Shown: positions 1-11,852, counted from the whole stretch's first letter. The stretch is DNA of 63,645 nucleotides, filler included, from Globobulimina sp. (GCA_003354225.1; 42 parts of 42 records of this genome joined end to end with filler, not necessarily neighbours in it), one strand, 5' to 3'. Program-made: numbers and translations. The notes: generated by a model from the letters alone, not told the origin.

Positions 1-336
1 TAGGAATACACCGCAGAAAAATGAAAGCAAAGTAAAAGCAACAAGAAATATTTGGTGAAGCAAAGTGATATAACTTGTTGAGTTGCTTCAAAGTAGACTC
101 GATTAGATTTGTGAGAATCAGTTTTTTGTTCAGTCTGTCTACTTTGAAGCAAGTGAAGCAACTCAACATAATGACTTCGTGTTGAAACACAGTTGGGAAG
201 CAAAACATATTAAATAGCAAAGACAGTAATTTATCACACAATAACCAAATCCAAACATAAATTTGGTGTGATTTGGTTATATTCTCAAAGTGCTTTGTGT
301 GCTTTTTATTAAAACGCCATATATAAAACAACAAAA

Positions 337-1419
337 ATGGCAGATGGCACCGATCATGACATGGGTGCAAACGCAGCCGACGAAGCCTTCACTGAATACG
401 TGTTAAAGTGTGGCTCCTTATTGCTCGGTTGTGATGGCGACAAACTCGAAGAGTTCCTCGCCGAAGAATCCTTCAAATCCGCGGTGGAAACCTTCGCCAA
501 AGGAGAAGATTCCACCTTTATCCTCCAAATCCAATCCCCCATCAAATCAAAGAGTGGCAACGACGATGAAAAATCACAGCCGTCCAAATCACCGCACTCC
601 GTCGAAACTACCTTCGGTGTCTTCTCTGAAATCCCTCCCTCGGTCTTCGATGCCACGCAATCCTCTGATTTTGAGAAAAGATATTTGTTATTCATGAAAA
701 TATCGGATGTTGGCCCATTGACCGAAGACCGCAGCATGGCCTCACAAATAGTAATCAGCAAATTTAACCCTTCGCAGCCTTTCCAATCTATGATCCCTTA
801 CATCCGCCACACCTTTGTGCCCATCGCAACGTTACGCGTCCAACGCGAAGAGAAACAACAATCTTCGACTGGCACTTCGCGTGGTATTTTAAACCAGAAT
901 GCGGCCCAAAATAAGAACAAATCCTCATCGACCAAGGCCATATTGGACAAATTACGCGAGTTAGAATTAAAATTATTAGAGTCGCAGGACGAGGCCAAAC
1001 TGCCCGACGTGTCCTTGGAACCCATCGCTGAAATCAGTAAATGGCTCGAAGGCCTAAACGACGGCGACAAGCAAGCCATCGTCGACTCGCATATTAAAGG
1101 CAAGTCCATCGACATCAGCATCCCGCCGTATGTGTGCGAGCAGAAAGTCTTAAATTCAATGTTGAAGAAATTGCGGGCGTGGAAGGACGACATCACGTCG
1201 GTGGTTCGGCGCAATCGGCCGTCGTCCGGTCGTTTGAATACGGTGCAGCAAGAAATCAAGTTTTGGAAGGCCAAGATGGCGGCAATTGAGCAGGTCGAGT
1301 CGCAGTTGAAAACGGACGGGGTCTGTGCCAGTACGTTGGTGCTGATGAAGAACAACTATGTGGTGCAGGCGCGTGCTTTTTTGAATCAGGTCCAGGTGAA
1401 AGAGAGCAAGAAAGAGGTG
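337..1419 (+). CDS. DYNC1H1: Cytoplasmic dynein heavy chain, N-terminal tail (3' partial)
   Basis: KLRELELKLLESQ..LPDVSLEP, LNSMLKKLRAWKDDI and TVQQEIKFW match the DHC1 pattern (ELEMGLLHLQ..IPEISLP; LNQLQ..W.REI; TALQEISFW). Confidence 0.8.
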
Positions 1420-1519
1420 NNNNNNNNNNNNNNNNNNNNNNNNNNNNNNNNNNNNNNNNNNNNTTAATTAATTAANNNNNNNNNNNNNNNNNNNNNNNNN
1501 NNNNNNNNNNNNNNNNNNN
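1420..1519. other. Artificial contig spacer (first of 41): N44-TTAATTAATTAA-N44
   Basis: Identical 100-nt block with stops in all six frames recurs about every 1518 nt (e.g. 2939, 4458, 5977, 7496, 9015 ... 62129); genes are cut at it. Confidence 0.99.
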
Positions 1520-3070
1520 TGTACAAAAAGGAATGAGCTACTCAACTGCCATGAAAGTATTCCCAAAGAAACCTGCTTATATCATGAAAACAAAATGATA
1601 AACCTAGTAGATTGGACCAAGAGTATAGCAATATACTTGATTGATGCTGAAATTTTTCAACGACACTTTTATGGCCAGTTCTGTGAATGAAAGGTATTAG
1701 TATACTGTAATAATGATCTGTGACGCATAAAATTAATAGTATGAATAAATATAAAAGAATAAAAAAAAATTTCTCATACTGGGGATTGAACCGTCTTTGA
1801 GTGTCATTTACTGTTCTGGCCTTCGTTGTTCAATAAAGTATTGAGTGTGTTATTGATAGTTATATTGAATATCGAACTATAAAGTCACCTAGAAGTCAAT
1901 ATGTAAGTACTGTGTAAATTTGAATGACATGGACGAAATTGGTTAAATTAGGTCAATCGCCAACTTAAGTTCAGACATTTCTATTCTTCAAAATCGTTCG
2001 AGGGTATCATATTCGGGTTGTACGTGGCCGAATTAGTCTAATTCGACTGTTTTTGGGACCATTTGTGGATAATTTTTTACTTTGACACACTTTTCAATGT
2101 GTTTCTGCTATATTGATTATAGTGATAAATTGCTCGATTTCAAACAAAATACTGGATCAGATATGAAACGAAAGCAATTTTGGCATATTAATAGTGCAAA
2201 TGAAAGCTCTCGTAAAGGCGAAAACGATTTTAGAGACAGAATTTTGATTTAGGTCCTCGATTTTGCGCAAATCGGCCCGAAAAATGGGATGTTGTGATCC
2301 GTCGCCCGTACCCGTTTTGGTTCGGCGGATCCTAGCGGATCGAGGAGTGGACGAATTTCGCCAAACCTGAGACAGTTGCATGCCCCGGAACGGGGCGATT
2401 ACAACCGTCACAAATTTGACCCTTTTTCTATTCCTAGTAAGCGAGTAGTGTCCAAAAACGTAAAAAAATTTGCCATAAAAAAAGTAAAATTTCGACCAAA
2501 AAAAGGCACCATCTTTGGAAGCCCATAACTCCGGAACTGGAGGTCCTCCGGAGTTGGGGTTAGTTGCATTAGAACGGGCGTCAGCCAAAGAGTGTAGAAA
2601 CGAAACTTGAGCCTTCTAGCTTAATCGGCCAAGGCTAGGAGCGATTTTGAAAAAATGAAAAAATTCGACTTTTTTGTTTGATGACGTCATCGTTGGTCAC
2701 GTGACTAATGAAAAGTTCTGATTAGTGGGTTAGATAGATGTAAACATGTAGTGTATATATGCCAAAGGGTTTTCGGATTGGACCCTTCGTTCAGGAATTA
2801 TTCAATTTTTCCTAGCTGGCTCGGATCATATTTTGAAAAATTGGCCTCGTTACACCCCCCCCCCTGGTTACTAGGAAAAGTTCAATTCAAAACCATTGGT
2901 CGAAAACCTCAAATCACGAAATATCAAATTTTTCATAGNNNNNNNNNNNNNNNNNNNNNNNNNNNNNNNNNNNNNNNNNNNNTTAATTAATTAANNNNNN
3001 NNNNNNNNNNNNNNNNNNNNNNNNNNNNNNNNNNNNNNTCGTGTGTAAGGGTTAATGTATTATGTCATTT

Positions 3071-3508
3071 TTAGTTTGACTGAATTGACTCGACAGCCAC
3101 TGTATCATAACTGGGAAGTTCTTCGTTTATGTTTCTTGTTACAGATGTTAAAAATAATGACATTTTTTCATATTGTGAGTCTGTCACAGGACCGAACATC
3201 AGCATTTTATTGCTATCTTTTAATCTCATTTGAACCACATCATAAAATGTTTGATTGTGATCACTTCCATGGTATATCCATTGACTCATACGATGAATAG
3301 GTCCGATATCAGCGTATGATACCACAGTGGTACATTTATCGAAACAACATGTAAAGTTATTGTATTTTAATTCGTTTGTTGTAAATACCATATCGACACA
3401 ACCTTCTGCAGAAAAAACGTTGCCTGATTTAATGAAATCTATGTTTAAATCTGGTATGACATCATCTTCACGAGATATGATAGGACCACAGCAACAGATA
3501 CATCCCAT
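3071..3508 (-). CDS. Hypothetical protein with N-terminal MGCICCC lipidation motif
   Basis: Open frame; ATG at 3508 follows an A-rich leader; myristoylation/palmitoylation-like start. Confidence 0.55.
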   Translation of the reverse strand: MGCICCCGPIISREDDVIPDLNIDFIKSGNVFSAEGCVDMVFTTNELKYNNFTCCFDKCTTVVSYADIGPIHRMSQWIYHGSDHNQTFYDVVQMRLKDSNKMLMFGPVTDSQYEKMSLFLTSVTRNINEELPSYDTVAVESIQSN

Positions 3509-3717
3509 TTTTTTAATTATAGACAGTATTTTAATGCTAAAGAAAAACAATTCGATTTTGCGCGACATCGTTCAGCTGCAAATTCATCGAAACAATAAAT
3601 ATTCCATAATTTCCCATGTTGCCTCCACTTTAGTTTTGGAGCAAAAACTTCACAAATTAATTTTTCGCGTACATTTAAACAATGGAATATCTTTATAAAC
3701 TGAACCTGCATATACAA

Positions 3718-4353
3718 ATGATACAGTTTAACATATTAAACTCAATTGATTCTACATGGAATATAATTTGGAATTGGACAGATCATTTAAATGTAGTACT
3801 CCAAATTGCAATATGTTGTGGAATATGTTGTTGCATGACCTGTACTGTTATATTTTGTAGAAAATGTTGCTGTTACAATACATGCAATCGATTTGCGAAT
3901 GAAGGCAAAAAAAGAAACAAAAAAGTGGTTCTAATCATAAAGGAACCTGAATTTGATGAGGATAAAATAGACAGAGCAAATAAAGAAGGCAAAAAAGTTA
4001 AAAAGAAGGATGATGAAGTGAGTAAAGTTAGTTATCATTCCTGCGGAGCATCCACAATCATGGCCGAAGGCAAATTAAAACTTTGGGACAGTATTATTAA
4101 CAAATTGCCAGGAAACAAAGGAGCGCAGAGACCATCTAAAGGTGACAGTTATGATGTTTTTGATAAAAACGAGGATAATATTATCGAATATGAAACGGAT
4201 GAGAGTAGTGATGAAAAGGAGGAAGAAGATAACGAATCCGCTGTTACTTTATCAGTCACAGTTTCTTCAATTCTGCCTCATCCTGCGTACCAATTCAGCA
4301 ATTTAGGTTTGCATCGCGATTTTTTTGCACGCTTTTATCCGGAGGGGAAATAA
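3718..4353 (+). CDS. Hypothetical single-pass membrane protein, Cys-rich TM and charged tail
   Basis: ORF 3682-4353; hydrophobic Cys-rich segment followed by K/E/D-rich region; start uncertain. Confidence 0.55.
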   Translation: MIQFNILNSIDSTWNIIWNWTDHLNVVLQIAICCGICCCMTCTVIFCRKCCCYNTCNRFANEGKKRNKKVVLIIKEPEFDEDKIDRANKEGKKVKKKDDEVSKVSYHSCGASTIMAEGKLKLWDSIINKLPGNKGAQRPSKGDSYDVFDKNEDNIIEYETDESSDEKEEEDNESAVTLSVTVSSILPHPAYQFSNLGLHRDFFARFYPEGK

Positions 4354-4558
4354 CCGGCAACGAATGTTTCTCTCCACAAACAACTGTTATATAATTGACA
4401 TATATTAAACCTTTCATTAATTTAAAATCCTAACTAAAAGAAACAAAAAAGTGCCAGNNNNNNNNNNNNNNNNNNNNNNNNNNNNNNNNNNNNNNNNNNN
4501 NTTAATTAATTAANNNNNNNNNNNNNNNNNNNNNNNNNNNNNNNNNNNNNNNNNNNNA

Positions 4559-5635
4559 AGCGGCGATGAAAAATATGTGTCATTATGGCGCAAAACAAGA
4601 AGATGGTCGTTGGACGACTTTGTTGCAATATATAAGTGGCTGGGAGCCAGATTCGATGATGATTTTTTTGAGTCAGAGTGCAGTGAAGAATCGAGGAAAT
4701 TGGTGGATGAATATTATAATCGCGGCGTCTTTGTAAAATCAGAAGGTGCGATTGGTTGCAATTTAAGTGAGGATTTGGGCTTTTGTCTGCTATTAAAGTC
4801 TTCCGGCTGCGGTCTGTATGCAACCAAGGATTTAGCGTTAGCGCTGCAAAAGTTCTCTCAATTTAAGATTGATCGATCAATATATGTGGTGGACTCGAGC
4901 CAAGAGAGACATTTCAAGCAAGTATTTGCCACATTGCGCTGTATGGGATACAAACGAGAAAGTGAGAAATGCCACCATTTATCGTATGCATTTGTTCGAT
5001 TACCGAGCGGCAAAATGTCGACGCGAACAGGCAATGTGATATTATTCAGTCAGTTGGTCGAATTGCTTGCAGCGGAAATCCAGAAATCATTTTTGGCGGA
5101 GAAGCAAGACTCAGACTGGGATGCGGCGGAGTTGTTGGCGGCAGAAAGAGCGATCTCAGTCGGCACCATAAGATATGGCATGTTGAATCATGACAATAAT
5201 AAAGAAATTGTGTTTGATTTGGCGAAATGGAGCTTATCATCTGGCAATACTGGACCATATTTAATGTATCAATATGCGCGAATTGCGTCGATTAGTCGAA
5301 AAGTTGAGTTTCCGCAAGGTATCGATATTAACGATTTGGATTATTCCGTATTAAACAATGAATCGGAAATTGCGAAAACAATATTATTTGAATTGTCGCA
5401 TTTCCAATCCAAGATTACTGAGATTACAATGAATCAATCACCATCACAATTATGTGATTACTTATATTCAATTTGTAAATTATTTTCACAGTGGTATTGT
5501 ATTAAAGATAATTCTATTATGCATTGCGAGGATAAACATTTAAAAGCTGTGCGCTTACAATTTTGTGATGCTGTTGCTAAAACTATTAAAGTTGGCATTC
5601 AATTATTAGGTATCACCCCATTGGAAAGAATGTAA
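4559..5635 (+). CDS. argS: Arginyl-tRNA synthetase (5' partial)
   Basis: YATKDLALA, YVVDSSQERHFKQVF, KMSTRTGN (KMSKS equivalent), GNTGPYLMYQYARIASI and C-terminal LGITPLERM. Confidence 0.95.
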   Translation, partial: SGDEKYVSLWRKTRRWSLDDFVAIYKWLGARFDDDFFESECSEESRKLVDEYYNRGVFVKSEGAIGCNLSEDLGFCLLLKSSGCGLYATKDLALALQKFSQFKIDRSIYVVDSSQERHFKQVFATLRCMGYKRESEKCHHLSYAFVRLPSGKMSTRTGNVILFSQLVELLAAEIQKSFLAEKQDSDWDAAELLAAERAISVGTIRYGMLNHDNNKEIVFDLAKWSLSSGNTGPYLMYQYARIASISRKVEFPQGIDINDLDYSVLNNESEIAKTILFELSHFQSKITEITMNQSPSQLCDYLYSICKLFSQWYCIKDNSIMHCEDKHLKAVRLQFCDAVAKTIKVGIQLLGITPLERM

Positions 5636-6076
5636 CGTTCGAATTGAATTAATTCAAACAGATGATGAGTGACAATTTTTTAATAATGACAATAATTCAA
5701 TTGTTACTTTTTAGTTTCAAATCTATTAAAACTCCTCGCTTAGCCAACTCGCAACGGTTCATCAGATTATCGAAATTATGAGGAAAATGAAGATGAAAGC
5801 ACTGACACTCATTGTTGTAATTTAATATATCAATTGTAGGGTCAAAATCATGCTCTGACAGGCATTGTTATGTTTAATACATTCAACCAACAACAAAATA
5901 ATACAATTATATGAACCAACCATTGCAAAATGCAGACACAATGAATCTGTTTACTTTGATCAGCAAAATACATTTTNNNNNNNNNNNNNNNNNNNNNNNN
6001 NNNNNNNNNNNNNNNNNNNNTTAATTAATTAANNNNNNNNNNNNNNNNNNNNNNNNNNNNNNNNNNNNNNNNNNNN

Positions 6077-7364
6077 GTATAATTGGCGACGTTATCACAT
6101 CTTCTCTCACTGCCAAAACCTGACAGAGTTTCAATATCATCCCGCCAATGTCATGCGATATTTTATGCATTAATTCTTGCGAATACTGCTCAATACTTAA
6201 TTGTTGAATCGCTAATAACATCAAATGTTTATCTGACTCAGCATACTTTTGAGTTTTAATAGAAACATAATCGGTATCTACCAGATTTTCAAACTTTAGA
6301 TGGAATTCAAATGTTTCATCCAATGCAGGATCTCTCCATGTAAACGTCAACGCAAATTCGATACCACTTTGATTCAATACAATTAAACCTAATGAAGCAC
6401 AAAAACCAAGATTGATATATGTACCATTTAGATCTTTATTAATTTGAAAGTTATCTTTTGATAAAAGCTCAAAACGCAGTGGAATGCCTATAACAATCAT
6501 TGAATTCAAATGAAAATCAGGGAGCAAGATGCTCATATCACCATTTTTATTTTTATCCAAATCAAGCGCTATAAAATAGAATGTTTCGTGTACCGAAGTA
6601 TTACTTTGTAAAATGGTGTGGTGAAATGATAATATTTCATCTTTATGGCCACACAGTAAACGTTTGTATGGAAAGGTGATTATTGATTTTGCTCCAACGA
6701 TTTGGTCCATATATTTAGGCTCAAATAAGCGACCCAATGGGAGGTCCATCATGAATGTAATTGCCATTCCAATGTTGTGCTTGATGTCTTTGGCGGTTTG
6801 GCATTTTGTCGACGTGGAGATAATTCCAATCATATTTTGCATTAATTTTGGGAATATTTTATCTTGTGGGCTTGCTGCGGTTTTATTCTTCTGTGGCCAC
6901 CAGAACTTGCTTCGGATAAGATCGCCCATTTCATGTTTCATGAGTATCCACGAAGAGTACACGAGACTCAATACAGGCATATCAATAATGTGTGAACCAA
7001 ACATTTCAGAGATACTAAATGGTGCGGGAGAGTCAGAATTTTCTCGAATTAGTTCCAACATTGTATTTAAATTGCGGGTAGCAACGCTGTTGGGGTCAAA
7101 CTGAAATATGCATTCATCGCAAGTGGTGAGCGTCAGCAACATTTCTTCCTCGCCCATTATAACCGGCCTTGAGAATGAGTTATGTATTAAATCAGCATCC
7201 GTAGCATTGGTTGTATTTGGTGTATTTTGAAAACTTTTATGAACGACGGGATACCATTTTTTGTATTGAGTGCTGAAAAAATCCACAGTTCCCTTCATAT
7301 CAGAAAAAGTTTGTATCATTTGAGGATTGAAAGCAGCAATGTGAAAATCGCTGATATTTTTCAT
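6077..7364 (-). CDS. Hypothetical protein (3' partial)
   Basis: Over 420 codons open in AT-rich DNA; no motif recognised. Confidence 0.65.
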
Positions 7365-7595
7365 GAAATCACCACAAAATACTATCCCTCCGACCTATGA
7401 GTTATGTGAATGTATAGAGACATGTACAGTGTATAGAGAGTAGAAGAGTACTTAACAGCCATTCAAATCACAATGACAACGAAAATGACCAATCANNNNN
7501 NNNNNNNNNNNNNNNNNNNNNNNNNNNNNNNNNNNNNNNTTAATTAATTAANNNNNNNNNNNNNNNNNNNNNNNNNNNNNNNNNNNNNNNNNNNN

Positions 7596-7747
7596 AAAAT
7601 ATGCTCTCTTTTTTCAGAGTGATTTTTCCAATAGGCACCATAATAGAGCTCACTGTCCATGTAAACTCTGGCAGAGTCAAAGTAGGTAATGCCCTGTTTT
7701 ACTGCTTCATCAATAATCTGACCTGAACACTTTGGGCATTCCTTCAT
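7596..7747 (-). pseudogene. Aldo/keto reductase fragment behind a foreign MKECPKCSG start (bacterial)
   Basis: IIDEAVKQGITYFDSARVYMDSELYYG is the AKR D-x4-Y catalytic region; the normal N-terminus is missing. Confidence 0.65.
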
Positions 7748-8247
7748 CGATTTAATCCTCTATATTTTTGAACATAACGATGAAATGTTGAATACGGCCA
7801 ATCGTTCGCACATTTGGCCAAATTATGTTTCACCGGGTTGTAATGAATATAATTCATGTGTTTTTCGTAATCCCGATCATCACGTATCTGGTGTTCCCAA
7901 AATCGACGCTGCCAGATTGTTGATTCATTTCGCCGCCGTTTTGATCTGGTCATCCATTCGTCCTTGTGAAATAACGGACCGCAGGTTTTTGTTACATGCC
8001 GTTTTATCATTGCCCACCGCACACCAAAATTTGAGTCATTGGACGGCAACGTCCAAATGCAATGCAAATGATCAGGCAACAGTATCCATGCATCAATTGT
8101 AAACGGGTTGTTTGTTTGTGTTTTTTTTAATCCGATGCGCAGTTCGTTTCGAACAATTTCATCACATAATATGTTTTGCCGCCGGTATGTTACAACGGTG
8201 AAGAAACTGGTGGCTCCTTTTGTTTTTGCACGTCGGTAATTCGACAT
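7744..8247 (-). mobile_element. rayT: REP-associated tyrosine transposase (RAYT, IS200/IS605 Y1 superfamily)
   Basis: FFTVVT, AWILLPDHLHCIWTLP (HUH), IWQRRFWEHQIRD, YIHYNPVKH, DWPYSTFH. Confidence 0.93.
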
Positions 8248-8271
8248 AATATATATTACTTTTAATTCATT

Positions 8272-8373
8272 GTAGGGTGTGTTTCACGCACCAAAAAATT
8301 TCTTCACATGGTTATTTCTGTACATTGTTTGTTATTTTCAACTCACCGTTGCGGTGCATGGAATGCACCCTAC
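8272..8373. repeat. REPIN: two inverted GTAG-type REPs
   Basis: gtagggtgtgtttcacgcacc (8272-8292, +) and gtagggtgcattccatgcacc (8353-8373, -); each is GTAG plus a GGTG..CACC hairpin, just upstream of RAYT. Confidence 0.9.
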
Positions 8374-8376
8374 TTA

Positions 8377-8922
8377 TCAAGGGACCGGAATGCCGATTTT
8401 CACTGCATCTAAACCCACACTCTCATCTGCTTGTGATTCAATTGAATCAGCTTTGCGCGCTAATAACTCTTTTCCTCTATCTGGTAATGGCCTTTCAAAT
8501 CCTGAAAATAAAAATCCCAATCCTGCAAGCGCAAACCAGATAGTGAGAATAAGCCACCATTTTGATCCACCACTACCATCAAAAATAAGGTATGTCCAAA
8601 AACCAAAACCCCCTGCCATAAAAATGCCGACAATAATTTGATGCCAGTTCTTGCTTATTATTTCCTTCTTTTCTCCCTCCGCTATCATACCATTAACTTG
8701 TTTTTTGATATGATCTCTCAATGAATTATAGCCCGGATCGTCTTCTTCCATAATTTTCAGGAGCTCGAGATCCGCTGTTATAGCCTTTCGTACCATCGGC
8801 TTGGTGTTAGACAAGCGGATAATTGCAGACTTCGTCTTAGCAATAGCCAGAAATACACCTGCTATTGAAGCTGCAATTGTACTGCCGTAACCAAGTATTT
8901 CTTTAATTATTTCAGTATCCAT
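8377..8922 (-). CDS. Bacterial hypothetical membrane protein (about 3 TM)
   Basis: 181-aa ORF with AGGAGGT Shine-Dalgarno just upstream of the ATG. Confidence 0.8.
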   Translation of the reverse strand: MDTEIIKEILGYGSTIAASIAGVFLAIAKTKSAIIRLSNTKPMVRKAITADLELLKIMEEDDPGYNSLRDHIKKQVNGMIAEGEKKEIISKNWHQIIVGIFMAGGFGFWTYLIFDGSGGSKWWLILTIWFALAGLGFLFSGFERPLPDRGKELLARKADSIESQADESVGLDAVKIGIPVP

Positions 8923-8989
8923 TTTATTAACCTCCTCTTGTTTTGGCTCGTCGATAATTCGACAAGGTTCATTTTCCCGGAAAATAAAA

Positions 8990-9014
8990 TGCAGGGCGTT
9001 TTTTACGCATCAAA
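8990..9014 (+). repeat. Degenerate third REP copy
   Basis: tgcagggcgttttttacgcatcaaa matches 8271-8295 at 20/25 positions. Confidence 0.65.
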
Positions 9015-9365
9015 NNNNNNNNNNNNNNNNNNNNNNNNNNNNNNNNNNNNNNNNNNNNTTAATTAATTAANNNNNNNNNNNNNNNNNNNNNNNNNNNNNN
9101 NNNNNNNNNNNNNNAAACTGAGTTGCATGTTGATTGTCAAGTTTTTTTTTTTTTAATTTATCTACACGTGTTAACTGAGTGCCAAAATCTCAACTGAGTA
9201 TTATTATAATTATATAGATAATAACTCACTCACTCACTTGAGATATGGTATACAACGAATAAATGGTATGCAAGGGCTTGTTTTTATAGGTTGGTACGCC
9301 ATTAAATTATTATTTATAGTTTTTTGTAAAGTTTTTATTTGCAAAGTGTTGGGCTTGAAATAATC

Positions 9366-10533
9366 ATGTCTTACATAGCATTATTATTGAGTTTAATAGT
9401 TTGTTTATGCAAATCCCTTCCCTGCATTCCAGCCAATACCTGCTTCCAAGTACGGACAGCAAATACATTATCAGCCTTTGACATAGCACAGGGAGTAAGC
9501 ACCTCCTTATTAGGTATTTTCTGCCATGGCCAAAAAAAATGTATTCCTTTATTTTGGTTAACAATTGTTGTCATATTATTAGATGCATCGACCAAATTTA
9601 CCTGTAGCGCAGGGACCGTCTCTCAACAATTATATCCCGGCGTGAATGATTGCAGCGGTGATTTCAGCACAGAATTGGAAGTAACAATATTGAGCCCGGG
9701 TGATGGAAGTAATTATAACAATATGTCACTTCGCGTGGATTATTTACAAGGCCAAGGCTGTCCGACATTGACTGGCAACTCTGAAGAATGCCAAACATTC
9801 ATGCTCTTAAAACATCGCGGTCATAAATATTGGGAAGATGCAAATGGAGATGCAACACAATATGGTGATATTGGTACAAATTGCACCGACTATCTTAGCA
9901 ACATCGCCACGTTGACCATGTATGACACCGTAGCCGTTCCAGTTGGATGTGTCAAAAACGACCTTGGTTCCAAACTGTTTGAATGTGATGCAAATGGATG
10001 GCGTTTCACCCATTACACTCGCGATGGTATATAATCAGTTTCAAATTTAACTGAAAACGAAAAAAAAAAATCAGTTTCAAACTGAAAAAGCAAAACCATT
10101 TTGAAAATATTTTTTAATTTTCAGTTTGAGATCGGAAGCAATTTAAAAATAAAAAATTCAGTTTGAAACTGGATATTGCTACACAGATTGCACCGGCACT
10201 TCATACTCGCAGCAAAGCGAAGACTATGCCGTGGGTAAATGTGGATATCGCACGGAATTTTCAGACATATCGGGCGATCCTTGTAGCGGTCCCGCGGGCG
10301 GCGGTTGTTTACTGTTTGAAAACTGGTATTGGTATGATTTAGATTGTTGTCCTATTGCTGGCAAAACTTGCTGCGGTGCCACAGCCGCGGGACCCACCGC
10401 GTATACAAATTGCGTCAACACTCCTTTCCCCACAGCACCACCCACACAGCCCACTGCTCCCACTGATACACCTACAAAAGCACCATCACAGTCAACAAAA
10501 TCACCAACAACTTCTGTGCCTTCTGAGCCCACA
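9366..10533 (+). CDS. Secreted Cys-rich protein with PT-rich stalk (spliced, 3' partial)
   Basis: Signal peptide MSYIALLLSLIVCLCKS; GT-AG intron 10027-10186 joins the two ORFs in frame; probable in-frame intron 9514-9582; PTAPPTQPTAPTDTPT tail. Confidence 0.75.
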
Positions 10534-10696
10534 NNNNNNNNNNNNNNNNNNNNNNNNNNNNNNNNNNNNNNNNNNNNTTAATTAATTAANNNNNNNNNNN
10601 NNNNNNNNNNNNNNNNNNNNNNNNNNNNNNNNNGAACCATTAATAATTAATTTGTCACACAAACTATATACAAACAACAATTAAAACGACACGTAT

Positions 10697-11852
10697 TTAT
10701 TTTGTGGTTGAACTTGCAGTTTTGGCAGCTTTTGCATTGTCATATAATCCCATATCCAATGCATTCACAACACATATTCCAATCAATAAGACAACATAGC
10801 CAGTCACAAATGAATTATATTCCTCTGCACCTTCAACATCTGGATAGGTATTGCCCCAATAACCAATTCCTGCAAATATGCCCCCAATAATCAATATCAA
10901 TGCAATTACAATCTGAGAAAACATTTGTTGTATTTTAGTGCCACAGCTTGCAAATGACATTACTAAATATAAAATACAAGCAATTAATATAAAAAAATAA
11001 CCAGCTGCAATTAACCTCGTTTCACCAACGCCATCCGAGCAACTTGAACCAAAATACGCATATCCAATGAAACAAAAAAAGCTGATAAAAATTAACAATA
11101 TCATAGATTGCGCATACATTCTTATCTTATGTTGATTTAATATTTGTTTCCAACAATCAACACCAAGAACAATGGCAGTAACTCCGCCTAAAAACCCTTC
11201 ACAAACAGCTGTCATTTGCAACATATTTGAGGCTGTATCTGCATCGAAATCGCATCCGCCGGCTCCAATGAGCATGCCCCAACTTGTAAAACCTGCGCTT
11301 GTTTCACCGATCCAATACCAAGTACCAATTAAATAAAATGCGCCGCCTGCAATCAAGGCCACCATCACAAACATTAATAAGCAATTATCTGTCCGCCATA
11401 TTCGCACAAGACAGTATAGAATATATTTCATAGAAAATTGAAGAAAAGAAAACAAAAATTATTCACTTACCACATTTGCCGCAGCAATCGTTGCAATTTA
11501 ATAGATTTATAATTATTGCACAAATACTACCAATGATCATTAACAATAACCCAATTTCAACAAAACTTAATGCAGCCAATCCATCACCAAATGCATCATT
11601 GCATGCCTCTCTGCACTCATTCTGCGCGGCGGCAGGCCAGAGATCACAGAGATCCCTGCAAGTTTTTTTTGCTTTTGAATATGAATCAAGAGACTCTGAT
11701 ATCAGTGGTAACTGTAAGACTGCGAATACAATCAATAATATACCAATTACCAAGATTCTCCATTTAAAATTACCAAATAATCCATCACCACCACCATCTT
11801 CTCCACCTTTAGTATCTTTTTTTTTGTTGTCGTCACTTTTGCTGTTACCCAT
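10697..11852 (-). CDS. Multi-pass membrane protein, two exons
   Basis: Exons 11852-11471 and 11388-10697; intron gtaagt..cag (82 nt) restores the frame (357 aa); MGNSKS myristoylation-like start. Confidence 0.8.

Noticed and set aside
354-1355. Antisense and alternate-frame ORFs over dynein (and similar ones over other genes)
   Set aside because: Shadows of the real coding strand.
1464-1475. Regularly spaced TTAATTAATTAA as a biological repeat or CRISPR-like array
   Set aside because: Always centred in N-runs of fixed length; an assembly linker with six-frame stops.
1770-1795. tRNA on the minus strand (ggttcaatcccc followed by a T-run)
   Set aside because: Only a B-box/T-arm-like piece; no D arm or acceptor stem could be built.
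2157-2588. 143-aa minus-strand ORF
   Set aside because: No recognisable motif; lies in a palindrome-rich repeat-like block.
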